Part shown: piece after piece, positions 55,656-62,851 of the stretch
How the letters are laid out: each line of letters begins with the position of its first letter
Numbering within the stretch: the stretch's first letter is position 1
DNA from: a virus
Taxonomy: Duplodnaviria > Caudoviricetes
Direction: 5' to 3' (one strand)
DNA: 62,851 bases
IMG/VR virus record: IMGVR_UViG_3300017914_000417
Span: 1-62,851 of that record
Notes under the pieces: generated by a model
What the model was told of the DNA's origin: nothing
Databases searched by the model: none
Seen by the model: only the letters and a program-made list of their open reading frames with translations
Position numbers and translations under genes: made by a program

Positions 55656-56135
55656 ATGGCAAGGAAGAAGACTACGAAGCACGAAAAAGTTTGGAAGATG
55701 TTACTGGCGAACCCGAAAGCCCCTGTGAAAGAAATAGCAGAGAAGGCAGGGTGTTCAACCAAGTACGTGTACATGCTAAAGAGCAAGATAGGTACACCAA
55801 TGGAAGTGTTAGTACCAGACACTAAGAAGAAAGACCTAGATGCTTGGAACGGACTCGGCGGAACAGTACGTAAGTCACGCTCAAACGTGTTGGCACAAGC
55901 AGACAAGCTGGTCAATGGCGCTCGAGCAGACGAGTACGGTGATGCGAAGCAGAACTTTGATGACATTGCAAAGATGTGGTCAGTGTTGTTAGGAACAGAA
56001 ATAACAGCACAGCAGGTAGCATTGTGCATGATTGCGGTGAAGTCAGCTAGGCTGATGAAGTCCGACAGCCCCGACAGTTGGGTAGACATCTGCGGTTACG
56101 GTGCGCTGGGTGGAGAGATGCAATCAGATGCTTGA
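55656..56135 (+). CDS. HTH + DUF6378-like protein
   Basis: VKEIAEKAGCSTKYVY HTH; R..EYGDA..NF..IA.MWS...DSWVDICGYGAL. Confidence 0.75.
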   Translation: MARKKTTKHEKVWKMLLANPKAPVKEIAEKAGCSTKYVYMLKSKIGTPMEVLVPDTKKKDLDAWNGLGGTVRKSRSNVLAQADKLVNGARADEYGDAKQNFDDIAKMWSVLLGTEITAQQVALCMIAVKSARLMKSDSPDSWVDICGYGALGGEMQSDA

Positions 56136-56307
56136 GCGCAAATGTGATAAATGTGAGGAGTACGCCATTGTTAATAGCGATGGCGTATTTTCCTGCCCTT
56201 CGTGTTGGATGAAACGAGTAAAAGAGGAAGAAAAACGTGGACGTAATAACCCTAGATTTCGAGACGTTCTACAGCAAAGAGTTCAGTCTACGAAAAGTTA
56301 CGACTGA
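56128..56307 (+). CDS. Small Zn-finger protein (uncertain)
   Basis: CDKC...CPSCW; overlaps polymerase start by ~70 nt. Confidence 0.4.
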   Translation: MLERKCDKCEEYAIVNSDGVFSCPSCWMKRVKEEEKRGRNNPRFRDVLQQRVQSTKSYD

Positions 56308-58063
56308 GGAGTACATACGAGACTCTCGGTTTGAAGTTATCGGTGTAGGTGTGAAGTTTAACAACGAACCTACCGAATGGGCTAGTGGTACACAGGAACA
56401 GTTGCAAGCGTACCTCAACATGTTTGATTGGGGTAACGCTATGCTGGTCTGCCACAATACGATGTTCGATGGGGCGATACTGAACTGGCGGTTTGGTATC
56501 AAGCCGAAGGCTTATGCAGACACGATGTGCATGGCACGAGCAATTCATGGCGTGGAAACAAGTGCTAGTTTGAGAGCAATCAGCGATAAGTACGGAGTTG
56601 GTACGAAAGGTTACGAAGTAAACAACGCGCAGGGTAAGAACCGCGTGGACTTTACTGATGCCGAACTTGCCGCGTATGGCGATTATTGTGTCACTGACGT
56701 AGACCTGACATTCAAGCTGTTCAAGATTATGGCTAACGACTTTCCGAAGATGGAGATGAAGCTGATAGACCTGACGTTGCGGATGTTTATTGACCCTATG
56801 CTGGAGTTAGACTTGGGGCTACTTGAACAGCACCTCACCGAAACAAAAGACCGTAAGGATGAACTGCTGGAGAAAGCAGGGGTGAGTAAAGAAGAACTGA
56901 TGAGCAATCCGAAGTTTGCGGAGTTGTTGCGGCAGTTAGGTGTAGAGCCGCCTATGAAGGTCAGTCCGACTACAGGTAAAGAGACATACGCTTTCGCCAA
57001 GACAGACGAAGCGTTCAAGGCTCTGGCAGAACACGACAACGACAAAGTGCAATCGTTGGTGTCAGCTAGACTTGGTACGAAGAGTACACTAGAGGAAACA
57101 CGTACACAGAGGTTTATAGATATAGCTAAACGTGGAACACTTCCCGTACCGATACGCTACTATGCCGCACATACTGGCAGATGGGGCGGTGATGACAAGA
57201 TTAACTTGCAGAACTTACCGAGCCGTGGCGTAAACGGCAAAAAGCTAAAACGTGGTATCATCGCACCAGAGGGCTACAGCTTGATTGATGCTGACTCGTC
57301 ACAGATTGAAGCGCGAGTGCTGGCGTGGCTAGCCGAACAGGACGACCTGACCCAAGCCTTTGCCAACGGTGAAGATGTTTATGTGAAGATGGCTTCTCGC
57401 ATCTACGGCGTCCCCGAAGAAGATGTATCCAAAGACCAACGGTTTGTGGGTAAGACCACTATCTTGGGCGCAGGGTACGGCATGGGAGCAGTTAAATTTC
57501 AAGCACAATTAAAAAACTTTGGGTTTGATATGGAGTTAGAAGAAGCCCGAAGGGTAATCAACATCTACCGTGATGCGAACTGGAAGATTAACCAGCTATG
57601 GCGAGACGCTAACAATACGTTGACCTATATGTTGAGAGGCGACAGGTTAAACTTTGGTAAGGCTGGAGTGATTACTGCTTATACGAGCCCTACAGGTTTA
57701 CTATTACCCTCAAACTTGTTGTTACGTTATGATGGGCTAGGGGCAGAACAGGGTGAGAAGGGCATAGAGATGTCCTACAAAACACGACTAGGCCGAACAC
57801 GCATCTACGGTGGAAAAGTTATAGAGAATGTGTGCCAAGCGATAGCACGTTGCATTATTGGTGAGCAGATGCTAAAAATAGCTAGCAAATACAAAGTTGT
57901 GATGACAGTGCATGACTCGATTGTATGTTGCGTACGAGACGATGAGGTCAGCGAAGCCCAACAATATGTTGAGGGATGTATGCGCTGGACACCTGATTGG
58001 GCAGATGGCTTACCGATTGATTGTGAGTCTGGCACAGGCAAATCGTATGGGGATTGTGGATGA
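56237..58063 (+). CDS. polA: DNA polymerase family A with 3'-5' exonuclease
   Basis: ExoI DFET; HTGRW; NLQNLP; motif A DSSQIEAR; motif B RFVGKTTILGAGYG; motif C VHDS. Confidence 0.92.
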   Translation: MDVITLDFETFYSKEFSLRKVTTEEYIRDSRFEVIGVGVKFNNEPTEWASGTQEQLQAYLNMFDWGNAMLVCHNTMFDGAILNWRFGIKPKAYADTMCMARAIHGVETSASLRAISDKYGVGTKGYEVNNAQGKNRVDFTDAELAAYGDYCVTDVDLTFKLFKIMANDFPKMEMKLIDLTLRMFIDPMLELDLGLLEQHLTETKDRKDELLEKAGVSKEELMSNPKFAELLRQLGVEPPMKVSPTTGKETYAFAKTDEAFKALAEHDNDKVQSLVSARLGTKSTLEETRTQRFIDIAKRGTLPVPIRYYAAHTGRWGGDDKINLQNLPSRGVNGKKLKRGIIAPEGYSLIDADSSQIEARVLAWLAEQDDLTQAFANGEDVYVKMASRIYGVPEEDVSKDQRFVGKTTILGAGYGMGAVKFQAQLKNFGFDMELEEARRVINIYRDANWKINQLWRDANNTLTYMLRGDRLNFGKAGVITAYTSPTGLLLPSNLLLRYDGLGAEQGEKGIEMSYKTRLGRTRIYGGKVIENVCQAIARCIIGEQMLKIASKYKVVMTVHDSIVCCVRDDEVSEAQQYVEGCMRWTPDWADGLPIDCESGTGKSYGDCG

Positions 58064-58722
58064 GTGAAAAGTGGTCGTTCAGTAGGCTCAAGTCTTTCGA
58101 GCAATGTCCGAAACAGTTTTATCATGTAAAGGTGAAGCGAGAGTACGAAGAGCCTGAGACTGAGGCTATGCTGTACGGCTCTGAGTTTCACCTTGCTTGT
58201 GAGGAATACGTCCGAGACAGAAAACCAATCCCAAAGAAGTTTGAGTATATCAAACCTACACTTGATTCGCTGATCGCCAAAGAAGGTGAGAAGTTATGTG
58301 AATACAAGATGGGGATTACGGTAGACCTAGAACCATGCACGTTCTTTGCCGACAATGTTTGGTGGCGCGGTATTGCAGATTTAGTTATACTGAATGGCGA
58401 TGAGGCTACCGTGATTGATTACAAAACGGGTAAGTCCACACGTTACGCAGATAAAGGCCAGCTGGAGTTGATGGCTCTGGCTACTTTCAAACACTTTCCA
58501 ACGGTGAAGAAAGTAAAGGCTGGGCTACTGTTTGTGGTATGTAACGAACTTATACGCGATACATACAACGCAGACCAACAGCCAGAACTGTGGAAGAAGT
58601 GGCTCGATAAGTATGGTGCGATGGAAGCGGCTTTCGAGAACGATGTGTGGAATCCCAACCCAAGTGGGCTTTGTAGGCGGCATTGTGTAGTGCTGGAGTG
58701 TCCACATAACGGGAGAGGCTAA
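58060..58722 (+). CDS. PD-(D/E)xK exonuclease (Cas4/AddB-like Cys cluster)
   Basis: SFSRL...QCP, GIADL, DYKTGK, QLELMA, C..HC...CPH. Confidence 0.85.
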   Translation: MSEKWSFSRLKSFEQCPKQFYHVKVKREYEEPETEAMLYGSEFHLACEEYVRDRKPIPKKFEYIKPTLDSLIAKEGEKLCEYKMGITVDLEPCTFFADNVWWRGIADLVILNGDEATVIDYKTGKSTRYADKGQLELMALATFKHFPTVKKVKAGLLFVVCNELIRDTYNADQQPELWKKWLDKYGAMEAAFENDVWNPNPSGLCRRHCVVLECPHNGRG

Positions 58723-58979
58723 TGCCATATACTAAATCTAAAAGGCCGTACAAGAAAGAGTACGAGCAACAGAAAGCCAGAGGCGAACACAAGAACAGAA
58801 TGGAACGCCAGAGAGCAAGACGCAAGCTTGACAAGAAAGGCGTTAACCGCAAAGGTAAAGATGTAGCCCACAAGAAAGCGTTAAGTAAGGGTGGGTCTAA
58901 CAAGGACGGTTACACATTACAAAGCCCAAAGAAGAACCGCAGTGCTGGTGGGCGAATGAGTAAGCCAAAGAAAAGTTAG
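58722..58979 (+). CDS. Small HNH-like basic protein
   Basis: KDVAHKKALSKGGSN...NRS. Confidence 0.65.
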   Translation: MPYTKSKRPYKKEYEQQKARGEHKNRMERQRARRKLDKKGVNRKGKDVAHKKALSKGGSNKDGYTLQSPKKNRSAGGRMSKPKKS

Positions 58980-58992
58980 GGAGTTCCCTAAC
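58975..58992. repeat. Palindrome GTTAGGG-AGTT-CCCTAAC
   Basis: Read directly; supplies TAG stop and abuts helicase RBS. Confidence 0.9.
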
Positions 58993-59004
58993 AGGAGAAA
59001 CGAC

Positions 59005-60540
59005 ATGGAAGTATATGACAATAAGGCTGTCGTGCTACGTCTTCAACACCCTGAGAAGGTTACGACACTATTACCAAACAGCAAGCTACTAGATGATGGT
59101 CGGTTAGCCGTTAAATGGGGTGTTGAAGAAGCACAAACCCTCAATGACATAAATATAAACGTGCCGTCACCTATTACTGGTAAATATCAGTGGACTGGTA
59201 AGTATAAACCCTTCGCGCACCAGCGAGAGACAGCCGCGTTCTTCACCCTTAACAAACGAGCCTTTTGTTTCAACGAGCAGGGTACTGGTAAAACAGCCAG
59301 TGCTATCTGGGCGGCAGACTTTCTTATGAAACAAGGACTAGTCAGACGAGTGCTGATTATATGCCCTCTGTCGATTATGCACAGCGCATGGAAGAATGAC
59401 CTGTTTACGTTTGCGATGCACCGTAAGGTGGATATTGCGCATGGCGCACCAAAGAAGCGTGAACAGATAGTTAAGTCCGATGCTGAGTTCATCATCATAA
59501 ACTACGATGGGGTAGAGGTTGTATCGCAAGCTATTGCGGAGGGTGACTTCGACCTGATTATTGTAGACGAGGCGACACACTACAAGAACGCGCAGACTAA
59601 ACGTTGGAAGACACTGTACAAGTTGTTAACACCTGATACTTGGATGTGGATGATGACGGGTACACCAGCCGCACAGTCGCCTCTGGACGCTTACGGATTA
59701 GCCAAGATGATAAACCCGAACAGTGTGCCTCGTTTCTTTGGCTCGTTTCGAGACATGGTGATGTGGAAGGTGACACAGTTCAAGTGGATGCCTAAAGAGA
59801 ACGCCACCGATGTAGTGTACAACGCACTACAGCCAGCTATCCGATACACAAAAGAACAGTGCCTAGACCTACCGCCTATGACGTATGTTAAAAGGCGCGT
59901 GGAGTTAACAAGACAGCAGAAGAAGTATTACGACATCCTCAAGAGCCGTATGATTATGCAAGCCGCTGGTGAGGAGATAACAGCCGCCAATGCCGCTGTA
60001 CAGATGGGTAAGCTGTTGCAGATATCATCTGGTGCGGTCTACACCGATGAAGGAGAGGCACTAGAGTTCGACATCAAGAACCGCTACCAAGTGCTACGAG
60101 AAGTGATTGACGAGAGTAGCAAGAAGGTGCTGGTGTTTGTGCCGTTCAAGCATACGATAGATGTGCTGGCAGACAAACTACGCAAGGACGGTATCACCAC
60201 TGAGATAATCCGAGGTGATGTGAGTGCTGGCAAACGCACAGAAATATTCTCTGACTTTCAAGATAAACCCGACCCGAAAGTGCTGGTCATTCAGCCACAA
60301 GCGGCGGCGCATGGTGTTACGTTGACGGCGGCGAACACAGTCGTATGGTGGGCACCAACAAGTTCTCTGGAAACATACGCACAGGCAAACGCCAGGGTAC
60401 ATCGTTCAGGACAGACACACAAGTGTACCGTAGTACAGTTAGAAGGCTCTGCGATCGAGAAGCGTGTTTACGCATTGCTAGATAACAGAATTGATGTACA
60501 CACAAAAATGATAGACCTTTACCAAGAAATACTTGACTAG
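59005..60540 (+). CDS. SNF2-family helicase
   Basis: EQGTGKT, IVDEA, MTGTP, QANARVHRSGQ. Confidence 0.9.
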   Translation: MEVYDNKAVVLRLQHPEKVTTLLPNSKLLDDGRLAVKWGVEEAQTLNDININVPSPITGKYQWTGKYKPFAHQRETAAFFTLNKRAFCFNEQGTGKTASAIWAADFLMKQGLVRRVLIICPLSIMHSAWKNDLFTFAMHRKVDIAHGAPKKREQIVKSDAEFIIINYDGVEVVSQAIAEGDFDLIIVDEATHYKNAQTKRWKTLYKLLTPDTWMWMMTGTPAAQSPLDAYGLAKMINPNSVPRFFGSFRDMVMWKVTQFKWMPKENATDVVYNALQPAIRYTKEQCLDLPPMTYVKRRVELTRQQKKYYDILKSRMIMQAAGEEITAANAAVQMGKLLQISSGAVYTDEGEALEFDIKNRYQVLREVIDESSKKVLVFVPFKHTIDVLADKLRKDGITTEIIRGDVSAGKRTEIFSDFQDKPDPKVLVIQPQAAAHGVTLTAANTVVWWAPTSSLETYAQANARVHRSGQTHKCTVVQLEGSAIEKRVYALLDNRIDVHTKMIDLYQEILD

Positions 60541-60561
60541 TCCATTTCTTGTCATTATATA
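60533..60561 (+). promoter_or_regulatory. Putative sigma70 promoter
   Basis: TTGACT-17 nt-TATATA. Confidence 0.4.
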
Positions 60562-60591
60562 TTAAAGACTGACACAGATTTGGAGAATGAA

Positions 60592-61002
60592 ATGTCAAAA
60601 GAAGAACATAATGGTATCCCTGTAGACAAGCTGACTAAAACCTATTTGCGGATTAGGGCAAAGAGAGCCGAACTTGCGAATAGGTTTAAGGAAGAAGAGA
60701 ATAATCTTCTCGAACAAATGGAGAAGATTAAAAAGGCACTACTCGACTATTGCAAATCGCATAACGTTGAGAGTGTAAAGACTTCGGAAGGTGTCTTTTA
60801 TCGGACTACTAGAGCTAAGTATTGGACAAGCGATTGGGAGCAGATGCACAAGTTTATACTTGAACACGAAGTACCCGAATTGCTAGACAAGCGGCTCAAC
60901 CAATCTAATATGAGGCAGTTTCTGGAAGAAAACCCCGATGTAGTACCGAAGGGTCTGAACGTGGACTCGGAGTACATAATATCAGTTAGGAAGAAATCAT
61001 GA
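60592..61002 (+). CDS. Conserved replication-module hypothetical protein
   Basis: Coiled coil, SVKTSEG, DW..M.KFI, PKGLNV. Confidence 0.7.
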   Translation: MSKEEHNGIPVDKLTKTYLRIRAKRAELANRFKEEENNLLEQMEKIKKALLDYCKSHNVESVKTSEGVFYRTTRAKYWTSDWEQMHKFILEHEVPELLDKRLNQSNMRQFLEENPDVVPKGLNVDSEYIISVRKKS

Positions 61003-61253
61003 GCAATCCGTATGTGCCGATTGAGGAATTGGCAAAGCACTTTTCTGTCTCTGTATCTACTATCAGAATGTGGGTACGGAACAAACACATCCCCGAAGAT
61101 ACTTATGTAAATATCGGCAACACTTACCGATTTAGTATTGACGATGTGACAGACGCACTAACCAAAAAGAAGGGTGGTGCAACCGCAACAGTGGTGGACT
61201 TTCAACCTGCAATGGCAGGGCTGGGTCAACCCGAACTTGATGAAGATATGTAG
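60999..61253 (+). CDS. MerR/excisionase-like HTH DNA-binding protein
   Basis: IEELAKHFSVSVSTIRMWVR..HIP...YRF. Confidence 0.8.
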   Translation: MSNPYVPIEELAKHFSVSVSTIRMWVRNKHIPEDTYVNIGNTYRFSIDDVTDALTKKKGGATATVVDFQPAMAGLGQPELDEDM

Positions 61254-61264
61254 GAGAGACGATA

Positions 61265-62128
61265 ATGTCTGACTTGTTTGAAAACAATGCGCTTGTAGCT
61301 AGTGACCTATTCAAATCACTGGTGGATGTAAATGACAATCTGTTGAGCGGTGGTGACGGTAATAAGTTACGTCGCATCAGCTTACGTGGCGGCAAATTCC
61401 GTGAAATCGTAGGTGGCGAACAGGTGAACGTAAGCAAAGACGATAAGCTAAATATAGTAATCGTTAATGCGGCTCGTATCTCTCGCACTTACTATGGTGG
61501 TACGTACGACCCTGAGAATCCAGCCCCACCAACTTGTTGGTCAGCAGATACCAATACACCAGCAGAAGATGTGCCAGAAAAACAGCGGCAGGCCTCACGT
61601 TGCGTAGATTGCCCTCAGAACGTAAAAGGTTCAGGTCAGGGCGAAGGACGCGCTTGCCGCTTTGCACAACGCATCGCTGTAGCTTTAGAAGGCGATTTAG
61701 AGAAAGTCTATCAGCTTCAGTTACCAGCCACTTCCGTGTTTGGTGAAGCGAAAGATGGTAAGATGCCGATGCAGGCTTACGCTCGTTATCTTCAGGCGCA
61801 CAAAACGCCAGCTATTGCTATCGTGACTGAAATGTACTTTGATGAAAACAGCGATACACCAAAGCTGTTCTTCAAACCTGTACGCCCTCTGGAAGAAGCA
61901 GAGTTACAGGCAGTTGTTGCCTTGAAGGACTCGCCAGAAACCGAAAGGGCTATCACCATGACTGTGGCACAAACTGATAATGTAGATACAAAGAAGTTGC
62001 CAGCAGGTACAGTTTCCGCCCCTACCGAAGAAGTGGTGGAAGAACCAAAGAAGGCCGTCAAAAAATCCTCTCCGAAACCAGACGACAATGACGACCTGAG
62101 TAGCATCGTGGACGATTGGGACGATTAA
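61265..62128 (+). CDS. ssDNA-binding/recombination protein (putative)
   Basis: RISLRGGKFR, Cys cluster, acidic aromatic C-terminus DDWDD. Confidence 0.55.
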   Translation: MSDLFENNALVASDLFKSLVDVNDNLLSGGDGNKLRRISLRGGKFREIVGGEQVNVSKDDKLNIVIVNAARISRTYYGGTYDPENPAPPTCWSADTNTPAEDVPEKQRQASRCVDCPQNVKGSGQGEGRACRFAQRIAVALEGDLEKVYQLQLPATSVFGEAKDGKMPMQAYARYLQAHKTPAIAIVTEMYFDENSDTPKLFFKPVRPLEEAELQAVVALKDSPETERAITMTVAQTDNVDTKKLPAGTVSAPTEEVVEEPKKAVKKSSPKPDDNDDLSSIVDDWDD

Positions 62129-62135
62129 GCTACTC

Positions 62136-62214
62136 TGTAGGGGCTAGGCTGGTTTTTGTTCGTTCCCCAGCCGAAAAGGGTGAGTTGCAACACCCCTGCC
62201 CCTGCATCTTTTTT
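62136..62214 (+). ncRNA. Three-way-junction RNA element followed by U-tract
   Basis: P1 TGTAGGGGC/GCCCCTGCA, P2 GGCTGG/CCAGCC with U/C loop, P3 GGGTG/CACCC. Confidence 0.45.
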
Positions 62215-62228
62215 CGGGAGAGGTTGTT

Positions 62229-62851
62229 ATGAATACAGATACATTTTTAAGTAGGGTACTGGCTGACGAAGGCTTCTATTGTATGTTCGCCTTTGACACC
62301 GCCAATGACCGCAGAATACAAAAGTTTTATGGTACACGCTCTGAACTAGCAAATGCCGCACACATGGCAGACCAAAACGGTTTCGATGCCTACTTTGCGC
62401 TTGCTACGTTTGAAGCGGGTACGTCACGTAAGGTCGATAACGTAAAACATATTCAAGCTATGTTTCTCGACCTAGATTGTGGGCCCAGCAAAGATTACGC
62501 AACACAGCAGGACGCGTTGGTGTCACTACGTAGTTTCTGTTCCCAGACAGGGCTACCCAAGCCAGCAATTATAAACTCGGGGCGTGGTGTGCATGTGTAC
62601 TGGCCTCTAAAAGAACCAGTGTCGTTGCAAGAATGGCTTCCTGTAGCTGAGGGACTGAAGAGGTCATGCGCACACTATAACTTGTTGGCAGACCCAGCGG
62701 TCACAGCTGATGGCGCTCGTGTTCTTCGTGTACCTTTTACGCATAACCACAAGACTGACCCACCAGCACCTGTAAAGTTCTTTGGGCGAGAGATGCCCGA
62801 CCCCATAGATTTCGACTACTTTGCTGATAAGATTGGCGTCAGTACGATACC
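62229..62851 (+). CDS. Primase-helicase, N-terminal AEP/RepB-like primase domain (3'-truncated; absent from ORF track)
   Basis: Manual translation MNTDTFLSRVL...FLDLDCG...NSGRGVHVYW...RVLRVP, open to window end. Confidence 0.85.
   Translation, partial: MNTDTFLSRVLADEGFYCMFAFDTANDRRIQKFYGTRSELANAAHMADQNGFDAYFALATFEAGTSRKVDNVKHIQAMFLDLDCGPSKDYATQQDALVSLRSFCSQTGLPKPAIINSGRGVHVYWPLKEPVSLQEWLPVAEGLKRSCAHYNLLADPAVTADGARVLRVPFTHNHKTDPPAPVKFFGREMPDPIDFDYFADKIGVSTI

Noticed and set aside
46457-58992. Palindrome arms contain the telomeric hexamer TTAGGG, and some cores resemble NF-kB sites (GGGAATTCCC)
   Set aside because: No tandem telomeric arrays, and all genes and signals are bacteriophage-type; treated as coincidence.
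62136-62206. Hammerhead ribozyme (three stems plus GAAA)
   Set aside because: The CUGANGA core is absent.
1-62851. tRNA, integrase, reverse transcriptase/DGR, alternative genetic code
   Set aside because: None seen; long ORFs tile both arms under the standard code, with TAA, TAG and TGA all used as stops.

Overview
This window is an essentially complete ~63 kb tailed dsDNA phage genome (podovirus-type), opened inside its primase-helicase gene: the N-terminal half is at the window end and the C-terminal half at the start. It has two arms. The minus-strand late arm (46.2 to 2.3 kb) carries HNH, small and large terminase, portal, GroES, scaffold, major capsid, small basic proteins, tail and fibre proteins, holins, lysozyme and large ejection proteins. 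The plus-strand early/replication arm (46.5 kb to the end, continuing at 1-2.26 kb) carries a DUF3150-like protein, a MoxR-type AAA+ ATPase, a DUF2201 peptidase-vWA protein, VRR-NUC, an NrdR-like Zn ribbon, PolA, a PD-(D/E)xK nuclease, a SNF2 helicase, an SSB-like protein and the primase-helicase. I saw no integrase, RNA polymerase, tRNA or CRISPR array. From memory, and unverified, the gene content resembles marine HTVC023P/CRP-810-like phages. The most interesting signals lie outside standard annotation. (1) Several intergenic hairpin RNAs have U/C- or G/U-rich segments that are exact reverse complements (9-17 nt) of the translation-initiation regions of specific early genes, suggesting a phage-internal antisense network. 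(2) Thirteen copies of the palindrome GTTAGGG-N3/4-CCCTAAC were found only in the early arm. (3) A protein-like ORF with its own RBS is overprinted in the giant ejection-protein gene. (4) A shared [YFM]xxGG peptide tag occurs in ejection proteins and small basic proteins. (5) An iteron-like inverted-repeat region and a G-quadruplex motif lie near the point where the arms diverge. All product calls come from motif recognition by eye; no searches were run.
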